A stretch of 64,000 nucleotides of DNA. Origin: Pyrinomonadaceae bacterium. GTDB lineage: Bacteria; Acidobacteriota; Blastocatellia; Pyrinomonadales; Pyrinomonadaceae. The position numbers and the translations under genes were made by a program. The stretch spans positions 110,336 to 174,335 of the forward strand of contig JBHELZ010000004.1 in the NCBI GenBank assembly GCA_046262835.1, in the 5' to 3' direction. The notes under the pieces are model-generated. The model ran no database searches and was not told the DNA's origin. It saw only the letters and a program-made list of their open reading frames with translations. Numbering within the stretch: position 1 is the first letter of the stretch; each line of letters starts with the position of its first letter. Of the stretch, positions 26,117 through 36,182 are shown one piece after another.

Positions 26117-26170
26117 GGAGTGCGCTGACTAGTCAGCACTTTCGAAAGCGGCGACTAGTCGCCGCACTCC
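26117..26170. repeat. compound palindromic intergenic element
   Basis: ggagtgc [gctgactagtcagc] a [ctttcgaaag] c [ggcgactagtcgcc] gcactcc. There are three adjacent perfect palindromes, two sharing the core GACTAGTC, enclosed by a 7-bp outer inverted repeat. Confidence 0.55.
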
Positions 26171-26177
26171 ATAAAAG

Positions 26178-27332
26178 ATGGATTCCTTTATCACCACAAC
26201 TCCATTCTTTTCTTCCCAGCATCGTGCACTCGCGGATCGCCTGGCCCAGTTCGTCGAACGCGAGATCGAAGTGCGCGCGGCTGATGACGAAGGCGATACG
26301 GACGAAGCCCTGCGCGGTTATGTCTTGCTACTGGCCGAAAATGATCTGCTGCGGTATGCAGTCGCAACGCCGGGTCAGGGGTTTGACCTGACCGCGTTTT
26401 GCATCATTCGCGAGTCGCTTTCATATTCATCATTACTCGCGGACCTCGCGTTTGTCATGCAAGGACTGGGGACTTACGCGATTGGTTTGGCAGCGACCGA
26501 GCATGTGCGCGATTTCTGGCTCGCTCGGGCGCGCACTGGAAGAGCAATCGCGGCTTTTGCTTTGACTGAACCGGACGCGGGTTCGGACGTTGCCGCGTTA
26601 AAGACCACCGCTCAGATCGATGACGACAGTTACATAATCAACGGCCATAAACGATTCATTTCCAACGCCGGGGTCGCTGATTTCTACACCGTCTTTGCCC
26701 GCACGGGCACGAACCCCGACGGTCGCGCGGAAATCTCGGCCTTCATCGTTTCCGCGCGCATGCCTGGCTTCAGTGTCGCGCAACGAACAGAGATGATCGC
26801 GCCGCATCCGATTGGCGAACTCGAATTCCGAAACTGTAAAGTTCCGGCGGAAGACATGGTTGGTAATCAGGGAGACGGGTTGCGGCTCAGCTTGCAAACG
26901 CTGGATATGTTTCGCCCAAGCGTCGGCGCGGCAGCCTGCGGCCTGGCGCGGCGGGCATTCGATGAGAGTCTGTTGCATGCAAAAGGACGGCAACAATTTG
27001 GTAAACCGCTGGCCGGGCATCAGCTGGTGCAGGAGAAACTTGCCGACATGGCGACTGAGCTCGACGCGGCCCGCCTGCTGGTCTATCGCGCCGCTTATTT
27101 GAAAGACGCGGGAGTCGCCGCATCTACGCGCGAAGCAAGTCAAGCAAAGCTGTTTGCGACGGAAGCGGCCGGCCGCATCACCGATCAGGCTGTCCAGATT
27201 CACGGCGGCTCCGGCCTGTTGCGCGGCGGCGTCGTCGAAAGGCTGTATCGCGATGCGCGCGCGTTGCGGATCTACGAAGGCACTTCCGAAATTCAAAAGC
27301 TAATCATCGCCAATCAACTCTTGAAAGAGTGA
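26178..27332 (+). CDS. acyl-CoA dehydrogenase family protein
   Basis: 384 aa with FALTEPDAGSD, ...QIHGGSG..., YEGTSEIQ. Confidence 0.85.
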   Translation: MDSFITTTPFFSSQHRALADRLAQFVEREIEVRAADDEGDTDEALRGYVLLLAENDLLRYAVATPGQGFDLTAFCIIRESLSYSSLLADLAFVMQGLGTYAIGLAATEHVRDFWLARARTGRAIAAFALTEPDAGSDVAALKTTAQIDDDSYIINGHKRFISNAGVADFYTVFARTGTNPDGRAEISAFIVSARMPGFSVAQRTEMIAPHPIGELEFRNCKVPAEDMVGNQGDGLRLSLQTLDMFRPSVGAAACGLARRAFDESLLHAKGRQQFGKPLAGHQLVQEKLADMATELDAARLLVYRAAYLKDAGVAASTREASQAKLFATEAAGRITDQAVQIHGGSGLLRGGVVERLYRDARALRIYEGTSEIQKLIIANQLLKE

Positions 27333-27455
27333 TACATTCTGATGTGGTTTTGTCTAGACTCCCGGCGTTTTTCTTTGCGGCTCGGTCCGGGAGCACCGGA
27401 CCAAGAGGCACTTTCACTCAATGACGCCAGGACGAAAGAAAGCCGCTAAGTTTCC

Positions 27456-28838
27456 ATGAAGCAAGCTGATTCGGATCTCGCGCGACGTCTCGGGCTGTTC
27501 GACGCCACGATGATCGTGATGGGCGGGATCATCGGCGCCGGCATCTTCACCAATCCTTATGTCGTCGCGCAGCAGGTGCACACGCCACTCTTGATTTTGG
27601 GCGCGTGGGGTGTGGGCGGATTGATCGCGCTGGCGGGCGCCTTCATCTACGCCGAGCTGTCTTCGCAAGTTACGGCCTCAGGCGGTCAATACGTCTATCT
27701 GCGCGACGCGATGCATCCGTTGGTAGCTTTTCTTTACGGATGGAGTTTGCTGTTCGTGATTCAAACCGGCGGCATGGCGGCCGTCGCCCTTATCTTCGCC
27801 AACCATTTTTTCGAGTTAATTGGCGTTCAATCCAACGAGTTCACCGCTGCGTTGCTCGGTTCGGCCGTGCTCGTCTTGCTTACCGGAATCAATTGCATCG
27901 GCGTGCGCGCGGGCAGCATGACCCAAAACATTTTTATGGTTCTCAAGCTGCTCGCGATCGCGGTGCTGGTAATTCTTGGATTGTTGATCGCGAGCCCTGC
28001 GCACAATTCAAGCTCCACGGCGATTAATCCGACCCCGACCACATGGCAATCACTAATAGCGTTCGGCGCGGCGCTAATCCCCACGCAGTTTGCTTATGGT
28101 GGATGGCAAACGGCGTGTTTTGTGGCGGGCGAGGTGCGTGAGCCCCGCAAGAACCTGCCGCGCGGGCTGTTGCTTGGCGTGGTTGGCGTGATTGTTGTTT
28201 ACCTGTCTGTAAACTATGTCTGCGTGCATGTCTTGGGTGCCGATGGTCTGGCCCAAACGAAAACGCCGGCCACGGCGCTGATGCGGCTGGCGCTGGGCAG
28301 CCGCGGCGCGCGATTTATCGCCGCCGGAATTGCAATTTCGACGATTGGATTTTTGAGCCAGAGCATGCTCACTGCGCCCCGAGTGTATTTTGCAATGGCT
28401 GAGGATGGATTATTTTTCAAGCAACTCGCATGGGTCAATCGCGCCCGCGTGCCCGCCTTTGCAATTGCTCTGCAGGGCGGACTGGCAATCATGATCGCGC
28501 TGGTCGCAAGCCGCTATGAACAGATCCTGAATTATGTGGTTTCAGTTGATGTGATCTTCTTTGCGTTAACCGCAGTGTGCGTGTTTGTGTTTAGGAGAAG
28601 AGGCAGCACGACGACCGATGTTCGCGAATCAGAAGGCACCCCCGCTAACGCTCGGGTTTCCGCCAGGCCGTTTCGAGTTCCCGGTCACCCTGTCACTACG
28701 CTGTTCTTTATCGCAGCCTGTTGTGTAATAACATTCAGTCTGCTTTACAAGTTTCCGCTTAACGGCGGAATTAGTTTCGCCATAATGCTTTTGGGAGTGC
28801 CCGCCTACTTTATCCGGGCCCGGCGGTACAGGCTTTAG
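27456..28838 (+). CDS. APC-family amino acid permease
   Basis: 460 aa, about 12 TM segments, N-terminal GLFDATMIVMGGIIGAGIF typical of APC transporters. Confidence 0.8.
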   Translation: MKQADSDLARRLGLFDATMIVMGGIIGAGIFTNPYVVAQQVHTPLLILGAWGVGGLIALAGAFIYAELSSQVTASGGQYVYLRDAMHPLVAFLYGWSLLFVIQTGGMAAVALIFANHFFELIGVQSNEFTAALLGSAVLVLLTGINCIGVRAGSMTQNIFMVLKLLAIAVLVILGLLIASPAHNSSSTAINPTPTTWQSLIAFGAALIPTQFAYGGWQTACFVAGEVREPRKNLPRGLLLGVVGVIVVYLSVNYVCVHVLGADGLAQTKTPATALMRLALGSRGARFIAAGIAISTIGFLSQSMLTAPRVYFAMAEDGLFFKQLAWVNRARVPAFAIALQGGLAIMIALVASRYEQILNYVVSVDVIFFALTAVCVFVFRRRGSTTTDVRESEGTPANARVSARPFRVPGHPVTTLFFIAACCVITFSLLYKFPLNGGISFAIMLLGVPAYFIRARRYRL

Positions 28839-28917
28839 AGTACTGCTTTAGTCGAGCAGGTTTTGCTGGGAAAGAAATAGCCGACTAAAGTCGGAACTCA
28901 GACACCTGCCTAGACTT

Positions 28918-29997
28918 ATGAACACTCAATCCACATACATGCGCTGGGCCAAGACCCGCGCCACGGTCAAATACGATCTCGCGTTGAGCGGCATTCTCAA
29001 TCTGCCGTTCGCCGAGCTTGATGCAAAAATTGAAGATATCGATCTCAACGGCGACAACTCGTATGGCTATGGCCCACTGGTTGATGCGCTGGCGAGACAT
29101 GCGCACGTGCCGCGTGAATCGGTGGTGGCAATATCCGGCGGCACTTCAATGGCGAACCATCTGGCGATGGCCGCAGCCATTGAGCACGGTGATGAAGTGG
29201 TCATTGAGCAACCCACATACGAACCTCTGCTCGCGCTGGCACAATACTTTGGCGCGAACATAAAACGGTTCGCCCGACTGGCCGAAAACAATTATCGCGT
29301 TGATCTGGAGGACCTGGAATCACAGGTCACCTCACGCACGCGACTAATTGTGCTCACCAATCTGCACAATCCGAGCAGCGCCCTGACAGATGAAGTGACG
29401 TTGCATCGGATTGGCGAAATTGCGCAAAGCGTGGGCGCCCGGGTGTTGGTTGATGAAGTCTATCTCGAAGCCATGTTCGAAGCCGCGCCGCGTCCGTCGG
29501 TTCATCTCGGCCCCCAATTCATTGCTACCAGCAGTCTGACAAAAGGCTATGGACTGAGCGGCCTGCGCTGCGGCTGGATTTTGGCGAACCCGGAACTGGC
29601 CCAGCGGATGAGGCTTCTGCACGACATCTTTGGCGCGCTGGCGGCGCATCCGGCTGAACTATTGAGCGTGTTGGCGCTGAAACGCCTTCCGAAATTCATC
29701 GTGCGCGCAAGAAGTATCCTGGAAACAAATCGCGCCCTGCTGAATGACTTTTACGACTCGCGCGAAGACCTCCACGTTCCGCCGTCGCAAACCGGCACAA
29801 CCTCATTTCCGCGACTGCTAAAAGGAACGGTCGACAATCTGTACACACTGCTCACCGAAAAGTACGACACCGCCGTGGTTCCCGGCAATTTCTTCGAATC
29901 GCCTCAACATTTCCGCGTCGGCATGTGCGCGGACCCGGCGGCATTTCAAGCGGGCGTGGAAAGATTGGGTTGCGCGCTCGACGAACTACCCCGATGA
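28918..29997 (+). CDS. class I/II PLP-dependent aminotransferase
   Basis: 359 aa. NLHNPS, VDEVY and SSLTKGYGLSGLRCGW (PLP-Lys context). Confidence 0.75.
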   Translation: MNTQSTYMRWAKTRATVKYDLALSGILNLPFAELDAKIEDIDLNGDNSYGYGPLVDALARHAHVPRESVVAISGGTSMANHLAMAAAIEHGDEVVIEQPTYEPLLALAQYFGANIKRFARLAENNYRVDLEDLESQVTSRTRLIVLTNLHNPSSALTDEVTLHRIGEIAQSVGARVLVDEVYLEAMFEAAPRPSVHLGPQFIATSSLTKGYGLSGLRCGWILANPELAQRMRLLHDIFGALAAHPAELLSVLALKRLPKFIVRARSILETNRALLNDFYDSREDLHVPPSQTGTTSFPRLLKGTVDNLYTLLTEKYDTAVVPGNFFESPQHFRVGMCADPAAFQAGVERLGCALDELPR

Positions 29998-31115
29998 AAA
30001 TTAGCATCATCGGCGGCGGTCCAGCGGGAATGTATTTCGCCATTCTCATGAAGAAGGCGAATGTGGCCCACGACATTACGATCTGCGAACGAAATGGGCC
30101 AGACGATACGTTCGGCTGGGGCGTTGTGTTTTCCGGAAAGACCCTGGCAAACCTGCGGGCGGCGGATGAGATTTCGCATGCGGCAATTACCCGGGACTTT
30201 CAAGCCTGGGACAATGTTGATGTGGTTCATCGTGACGAAATTATTTCGATTCACGGAAACAGCTTCTCAGGGATAGCGCGCATTCGTTTGCTCCACCTCC
30301 TGCACGCACGGTGTGAACAGCTCGGCATCGCGATCAAATTTCACCGCGAGATTTCTGAGCTTACTGCAGTAAGGCGTGACTGTGATCTACTGGTGGGCGC
30401 GGACGGAGTTAACAGTATCGTGCGGCAGACGTTCTCCGAAAACTTTAAACCGGACCTCAGCGTTCGCCCTAACAAGTACATCTGGTATGGCACGCACCAC
30501 CTGTTTCACGGCCTGACTCTTACATTTCGGGAAGCCGCGGCAGGCGTTTTTGCCGCGCACTCGTACAAATTCGACGAAGAGACCAGCACTTTCATTATCG
30601 AGTGCGATCCGCAAACATGGGCCGGTGCCGGTTTTAAAACGATGGGCGACAATGATACGCGCGCTTATCTGGAAAATGTCTTTGCCGGCGATCTGAATGG
30701 GCATAGTTTGCTTTCGAACAACTCCAAATGGATCAACTTTGTGCTCGTTAAGAATGCGAATTGGACGTTTGAGAATGTCGCGCTGCTCGGCGACGCGCTC
30801 CACACAGCCCACTTTTCAATCGGATCAGGAACGAAGTTGGCAATGGAAGACGCCATTGCTCTGGCTGAGTCTTTCACAACCACAACCACGATAGAACAGG
30901 CTTTAAAAATTTTTGAAAGGAAACGAAAACCGGTGATTGAGGACTATCAAACCGCTGCCCGCGAGAGCATGTTGTGGTTTGAAAACGCCAAAGGCTATAT
31001 GCGCCTGTCACCGATCGAGTTGGCTTACAGCTTAATGACGCGCAGCGGCAGAGTCGATCGCGAAATGCTGAAGCGGCGCGACCCTGCCTTTATCGCAGCT
31101 TACGAGCACGCATGA
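29994..31115 (+). CDS. FAD-dependent monooxygenase (resembles the N-terminal hydroxylase half of salicylyl/anthraniloyl-CoA monooxygenases)
   Basis: Start MKISIIGGGPAGMYFA (ATGA overlap with the previous stop). DTFGWGVVFS and GDALHTAHFSIGSGTKLAMEDA. Confidence 0.7.
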   Translation: MKISIIGGGPAGMYFAILMKKANVAHDITICERNGPDDTFGWGVVFSGKTLANLRAADEISHAAITRDFQAWDNVDVVHRDEIISIHGNSFSGIARIRLLHLLHARCEQLGIAIKFHREISELTAVRRDCDLLVGADGVNSIVRQTFSENFKPDLSVRPNKYIWYGTHHLFHGLTLTFREAAAGVFAAHSYKFDEETSTFIIECDPQTWAGAGFKTMGDNDTRAYLENVFAGDLNGHSLLSNNSKWINFVLVKNANWTFENVALLGDALHTAHFSIGSGTKLAMEDAIALAESFTTTTTIEQALKIFERKRKPVIEDYQTAARESMLWFENAKGYMRLSPIELAYSLMTRSGRVDREMLKRRDPAFIAAYEHA

Positions 31116-31741
31116 CCACGAAAATGCAACCTTCCTTAAATCTTCAGGAGTGGTTTGGCGGCATCGACATTTACCTGTTCGATCAGCTTTTGAAGGGGCG
31201 GATCGTTCCGGCGATGCGAGTGCTGGATGCCGGTTGCGGTTCCGGCCGTAATCTCGTCTATCTGATCAAAAGCGGCTTTCAGGTTTTTGGAGTCGACGAA
31301 TCACGTGAGGCGATTGCGCAAATCTTACGGTTGGCCGCGACGCTGGCGCCGCATCTGTCCCAGGATAACTTTCGAGTAGGACCGGTTGAGCAAATGTCGT
31401 TTCCCGACGCTGAATTTGATGTAGTGTTGAGTAGCGCGGTGCTCCATTTTGCCAAAGATAAAGCACAGTGGATGTCGATGGTAAAAGAGATGTGGCGAGT
31501 GCTGAAGCCCGGCGGAATTTTCTTTGCGCGCCTGGCCTCGACGATCGGAATCGAGCATCAGGTGAGGCAGATTGCTGATAGACGTTACGACTTGCCCGAC
31601 GGCAGCCAGCGATTTCTAGTAGACGAGGCCATGTTGCTCAGAGTATCCGCGGCACTGGGTGGAGAATTTATTGAGCCGATCAAAACCACGATAGTGCAAA
31701 ATATGCGGGCCATGACGACCTGGTGCCTGATGAAGGAGTAG
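31112..31741 (+). CDS. class I SAM-dependent methyltransferase
   Basis: 209 aa. Motif I VLDAGCGSGRN. ATGA overlap with the preceding gene. Confidence 0.75.
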   Translation: MTTKMQPSLNLQEWFGGIDIYLFDQLLKGRIVPAMRVLDAGCGSGRNLVYLIKSGFQVFGVDESREAIAQILRLAATLAPHLSQDNFRVGPVEQMSFPDAEFDVVLSSAVLHFAKDKAQWMSMVKEMWRVLKPGGIFFARLASTIGIEHQVRQIADRRYDLPDGSQRFLVDEAMLLRVSAALGGEFIEPIKTTIVQNMRAMTTWCLMKE

Positions 31742-31768
31742 GTTCACAGACTGGCGAGGCCGCATGAG

Positions 31769-33058
31769 TCATGCCGCGTTTATCTGCTCCATTCCATTCA
31801 TGTAGGGGCGGAGGACCTCAGGCACGATGATCGAGCCGTCTGCCTGCTGAAAATTCTCAAGCACGGTGACCCAGGTGCGCCCGATGGCCAGGCCCGATCC
31901 GTTCAGCGTGTGAACGAATTCAGGTTTCCCGCCGCCCGCGCGGCGAAAACGAATGTTCGCCCGTCTTGCCTGGAACGTCTCGTAATTCGAACAGGACGAG
32001 ATTTCACGAAAAGCGTTCTGCGAAGGCAGCCACACCTCGAGGTCGTAAGTCTTTGCGTTGCTGAAACCCAGGTCGCCGGTTGCGAGGGTCACGACGCGAT
32101 AATGAATTCCCAGCAACTGCAAAACTCTTTCGGCGTCACGCGTCAGCGACTCCAGTTCGTCGTAAGAATTCTCTGGCAGCGAGTACTTTACCAGTTCAAC
32201 TTTCTCAAATTGATGCTGGCGAATTACGCCGCGCGTGTCTTTGCCGTAACTCCCGGCTTCAGAACGAAAACAGGGTGTGTAAGCAGCCCATTTCATAGGC
32301 AACTTCGAGGCATCCAGAATCTCTTCGCGATAATAATTGGTCACCGGAACTTCGGCCGTCGGCACGAGATAGAGGCCGCGCTCGTCTTCCAGCTTGAAAA
32401 GATCTTCTTCGAATTTCGGCAACTGCCCCGTCCCGAACAGCGAATCGCGATTCACAATGAACGGCGGTAGAGTTTCCTGGTAGCCATGTTCGCGCGTGTG
32501 CAGTTCCAACATGAAATTGATCAGGGCCCGCTCAAGCCGCGCCCCCGCGCCGTTGAGAATCGCGAAGCGAGCGCCAGTGATCTTTGTAGCGCGCTCGAGA
32601 TCCAGGATTCCAAGCGCAGTTCCAAGATCGACATGATCCTTCGGTTCGAAATTGAACTCCGGTTTTGCACCCCAGCGACGAACCTCAACGTTAGCTGATT
32701 CGTCTGCTCCCACAGGAACGCTCTCATGAGGGATATTCGGCAGCGTCGAAAGCAAACCGCGCATGCGCGCTTCCGCCCCCTCGCGCTTTTGGTCCAGTTC
32801 GGCAATTTGATCTTTTAAGTTTCCGACAGCCTTGCGCCTGGCCTCTGCTTCCTGGTTTTTTCCTTCTTTCATCAGTGCGCCGATTTCGCGGCTCGCACTG
32901 TTGCGCTCACCGTTGAGTTGGTCGGATTCAGCGATTACGCGCCGCCGCTCGTCGTCCGCGCGCGCAAAATCATCGAGCACGCCGGCCGGCATGTAGCGCT
33001 TTTTCAAAGCAGCGCGCACGGTGTCAACATTTTCGCGGACGTAATTTAGATCAAGCAT
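31769..33058 (-). CDS. serS: serine--tRNA ligase
   Basis: 429 aa. N-terminal coiled coil [12 protein letters not shown]..., class II motifs FRSEAGS.GKDTRG..R.HQFEKVE and GSGLAIGRT. Confidence 0.92.
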   Translation of the reverse strand: MLDLNYVRENVDTVRAALKKRYMPAGVLDDFARADDERRRVIAESDQLNGERNSASREIGALMKEGKNQEAEARRKAVGNLKDQIAELDQKREGAEARMRGLLSTLPNIPHESVPVGADESANVEVRRWGAKPEFNFEPKDHVDLGTALGILDLERATKITGARFAILNGAGARLERALINFMLELHTREHGYQETLPPFIVNRDSLFGTGQLPKFEEDLFKLEDERGLYLVPTAEVPVTNYYREEILDASKLPMKWAAYTPCFRSEAGSYGKDTRGVIRQHQFEKVELVKYSLPENSYDELESLTRDAERVLQLLGIHYRVVTLATGDLGFSNAKTYDLEVWLPSQNAFREISSCSNYETFQARRANIRFRRAGGGKPEFVHTLNGSGLAIGRTWVTVLENFQQADGSIIVPEVLRPYMNGMEQINAA

Positions 33059-33148
33059 CTACCTGCCTGCGCCTCGTCATTTTGGGCTGCGATAACGATT
33101 GGCGATTGTACCTGAGTCGGAAAAGTAGTGCCCAACAGCGCGGTGATC

Positions 33149-34129
33149 TTAACGCGCCAGTTCACTCTCGGCGGCTGACTTCCAACGCGCCAGAAGCGCT
33201 GAGAAATAACGAACCGGAATCCCGGCGGCGCAAAACAACAACATCGACAGAGCGTACTTACCTGGGGCGAGCCAAAACAGTTTTAGCAGGTAAAGTCTTT
33301 GGCTGCGGCAATTCCGTGCGTAGATTTCGAAGCCCAGGCCCTTAAGGCGGCTCCTGATAATTTCCCGCTCATCGGCGCTCAGGGATTTTGCTTTAAGACA
33401 CTTTTCGAAAATACGAAAATCCGATCGCAATTTTGCCGAGCCCGCATGCGCTAAAACCCGCACTAATGAATTTGGCACCACCCGGTACTTAGCGGAGATC
33501 AACGGCGAAAATGCAAACTCGTATTCGCGCGAAATTCGCAACCACATGTCATAGTCTTCATAGGCGAGTACTTCGTCATACATTCCAACGCTCTGATAGC
33601 AAGCGCGCCGGACCAGAGTGGTCATTGACGGAATGAAGTTGCCGGCCAACAGTGACCGAAACATGCGGCCCTGAGGCGTTGACTGAGATGGCCGGTGCGC
33701 CTCGATGAATCTGTCAGCCAGCAGTTTGCCGTCTTTGTCGATCTGCCAGGCATCGCTGTAAACCACACCAACGGCCTCGGGAAGGTTTTCGAAAAGCTCG
33801 ACCTGAGTTTCGAGTTTCTGCGGCAGGTAAACATCGTCTCCCGCGATAATCGAAATGTATTTACCATTCGCTCGCGCGATGCTGTCATTAAATGTTCGGC
33901 ACACGCCCAGGTTTCCGCTGTGCACAATCAACGTTGCTTCGACCGCGCTCGAATCAAGCCAGCGCCGGATAACTGCGACCGAGTTGTCGTCTGAGCCGTC
34001 ATCAACAATGACGATTTCGAAGTTACGATAGGTTTGTTGGCGGACGCTTTCAAGGCATTCTTCGACGTATTCAGCCTGGTTATAGCAGGCCACGATGACG
34101 GTAACGAGGGGTGGTTCTGATTGGGCCAC
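33149..34129 (-). CDS. family 2 glycosyltransferase
   Basis: VTVIVACYNQAEYVEECLESVRQQTYRNFEIVIVDDGSDDNS plus a DD.Y motif. Confidence 0.8.
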   Translation of the reverse strand: MAQSEPPLVTVIVACYNQAEYVEECLESVRQQTYRNFEIVIVDDGSDDNSVAVIRRWLDSSAVEATLIVHSGNLGVCRTFNDSIARANGKYISIIAGDDVYLPQKLETQVELFENLPEAVGVVYSDAWQIDKDGKLLADRFIEAHRPSQSTPQGRMFRSLLAGNFIPSMTTLVRRACYQSVGMYDEVLAYEDYDMWLRISREYEFAFSPLISAKYRVVPNSLVRVLAHAGSAKLRSDFRIFEKCLKAKSLSADEREIIRSRLKGLGFEIYARNCRSQRLYLLKLFWLAPGKYALSMLLFCAAGIPVRYFSALLARWKSAAESELAR

Positions 34130-34186
34130 GACTCAATTAGTAACCAAGGAACTCGGGTGTTGACACCTTAGTCCCAATCTCATACC

Positions 34187-35239
34187 TTGGCGGCGTCACT
34201 CGGCAATCGGATCAGCCTCATGAAACGCAGGCTCAAACCTCTCATCGCATGGTCGGCCGCGCTGATTGGCGTTGGGCTGCTCAGCCTGCGGCTGTTGACG
34301 CCGCAAAAGATCTCCGGCGTTATGTCAGCGAAAGCTCAGGCAACCTTCATTATTTCGTTGCTTGATCTTTTTCAAAAGACCGTTCTGACGCTGCCCTTCT
34401 GGTCGGCCCTATTACTGACACTGGGCCTGCAAAAGCTTGCGCCCGCCAAACCACAGCAGAAGATTTTTGGCAACGGTTTCACGCATGACATCGTATGGTT
34501 CTTCTACGAGACGGTGCTGCAAACGCTGGTCATCGTGACTTACGTCGAGCTGCTTGCGCGGCTCTATGGAAAATATTTTTCGTCTCTCACCATCAGCGGC
34601 ATCGGCCGTTGGCCCGACTGGCTGAGGTTCGTGCTCGCGATTTTGGTGGTGGACTTTCTTTATTGGTGCCAGCACGTCTGCCATCACAAGGTCAGTTTTT
34701 TGTGGCGCCTGCACGCCGTGCATCATTCGCAATCAGAACTAAACTTTTTTACGGACTTTCGTTACCACATTCTGGAATATCTGGTGCGTCATACATTCCT
34801 CGTGGTCCCCTTGCTGATTGTGCAAATCAATCCGCCGGTCATTGCGTTAGGAGTAATCTTTCTCAAATGGTATACGCGTTTCTATCACGGCAATATCAAA
34901 ACGGACCTGGGACCTTTACGATACTTGCTAGTCACTCCTCAATCTCACCGCGTTCATCACTCGATCGAGACGCGTCATGGAGACCGCAATTTTGGAGCAA
35001 TCCTGAGTATCTGGGATTTTGCTTTTGGTACGCAGTGGCGCGAGTACTCAATCTACCCCGAAACCGGCATCGCTGATCGCAATTTCCCTCACCAAAGCTC
35101 TGGCAGTTTCGGAGCTCTACTGCTCTCGCCGATCAGGCAAATGATCTATCCCTTTCGCGGCACCGCACGCACGACCACTCTCTCGCCGCCAGTCATCGCG
35201 ACCCGCGAACAACCCAAATTAAACGCCACCAACAGCTAA
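34187..35239 (+). CDS. sterol desaturase/fatty-acid hydroxylase family membrane protein
   Basis: His boxes HVCHHKVSFLWRLHAVHH and HRVHH, with several TM helices. The exact start is uncertain. Confidence 0.7.
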   Translation: MAASLGNRISLMKRRLKPLIAWSAALIGVGLLSLRLLTPQKISGVMSAKAQATFIISLLDLFQKTVLTLPFWSALLLTLGLQKLAPAKPQQKIFGNGFTHDIVWFFYETVLQTLVIVTYVELLARLYGKYFSSLTISGIGRWPDWLRFVLAILVVDFLYWCQHVCHHKVSFLWRLHAVHHSQSELNFFTDFRYHILEYLVRHTFLVVPLLIVQINPPVIALGVIFLKWYTRFYHGNIKTDLGPLRYLLVTPQSHRVHHSIETRHGDRNFGAILSIWDFAFGTQWREYSIYPETGIADRNFPHQSSGSFGALLLSPIRQMIYPFRGTARTTTLSPPVIATREQPKLNATNS

Positions 35240-35253
35240 CGGACGGACTGCTG

Positions 35254-35997
35254 CTATTGAGAGAAGATCCGGTTTGCTTCTTCCAAAGTTTCCTTCGAGC
35301 CGACGTCGTACCAAATGCCCGGCACGCGCCAGATGTAAACCGGGATCCGCGGATAAAGCCATTGCACGAGCCGGCCGGGCTGATCGGGATTATTTCCTTC
35401 AGCAACGTACTGCTTAATTAGCGGCAAAACCGGCGTCGGATAATAGTACAAAGCGATGCCCGTCAGCGTGCTTTTCGGGTTCTTTGGCTTCTCTTCAAAA
35501 AAAGTGATGCGATCCTTTTCGTCGATCTCGATCGAGTTGTACTTCTTTATCTGGTCCAGATCGCCGACGTCATACACACCCAGGACCGGCGCATTTCTGC
35601 TTCGACAAAATTCGCCGAACGCTTCCAGACTGTGACTAAACAGGTTGTCTCCGGCAACAACCATGGTGTCATCATTGATCCGCTCCTCGCGAAGCACGAG
35701 ATTCAGATCGCCAATCGCGCCGAGCTTGTTCGAATCGTCCGTCGAGTGATCGTTGATGATGGTGATGCTGGCATGAGGGTGTGTCGATCCATACGCATCC
35801 GCCCACCGCTGAAAATGATCGATGAATTTCGCATTTGTGACCACGTAGATCTGATCAATTTCCTTAATCGGCTTCAGATTATCCAGCACATGCTCCAACA
35901 TCGGTTTGCCCGCAACTGCGAGTAGTGGCTTGGGCTGGTTGAGCGTCAACGGATAAAGCCGGGTGGCATAACCGGCACCCAGAACAATTAACTTCAC
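35254..35997 (-). CDS. sugar-phosphate nucleotidyltransferase
   Basis: MKLIVLGAGYATRLYPLTLNQPKPLLAVAGKPMLEHV is the canonical NTP-transferase N-terminus. Confidence 0.8.
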   Translation of the reverse strand: MKLIVLGAGYATRLYPLTLNQPKPLLAVAGKPMLEHVLDNLKPIKEIDQIYVVTNAKFIDHFQRWADAYGSTHPHASITIINDHSTDDSNKLGAIGDLNLVLREERINDDTMVVAGDNLFSHSLEAFGEFCRSRNAPVLGVYDVGDLDQIKKYNSIEIDEKDRITFFEEKPKNPKSTLTGIALYYYPTPVLPLIKQYVAEGNNPDQPGRLVQWLYPRIPVYIWRVPGIWYDVGSKETLEEANRIFSQ

Positions 35998-36182
35998 ATG
36001 CCCTCCCTCTTCACTTACACGCCCCCGCGGGGGGTTGTTAACATCGAACTGTCAGTGAGCCTTTACAATAAAAGAACCGCGCAGGGAAAGCGAGTCGCCT
36101 CGGACTTCCGCGCCGGATCGAAGCTTTGATATAGTGCGACAAACTCGACCGTGAATGAAATGAATGAAGAGGTGAACACCTG

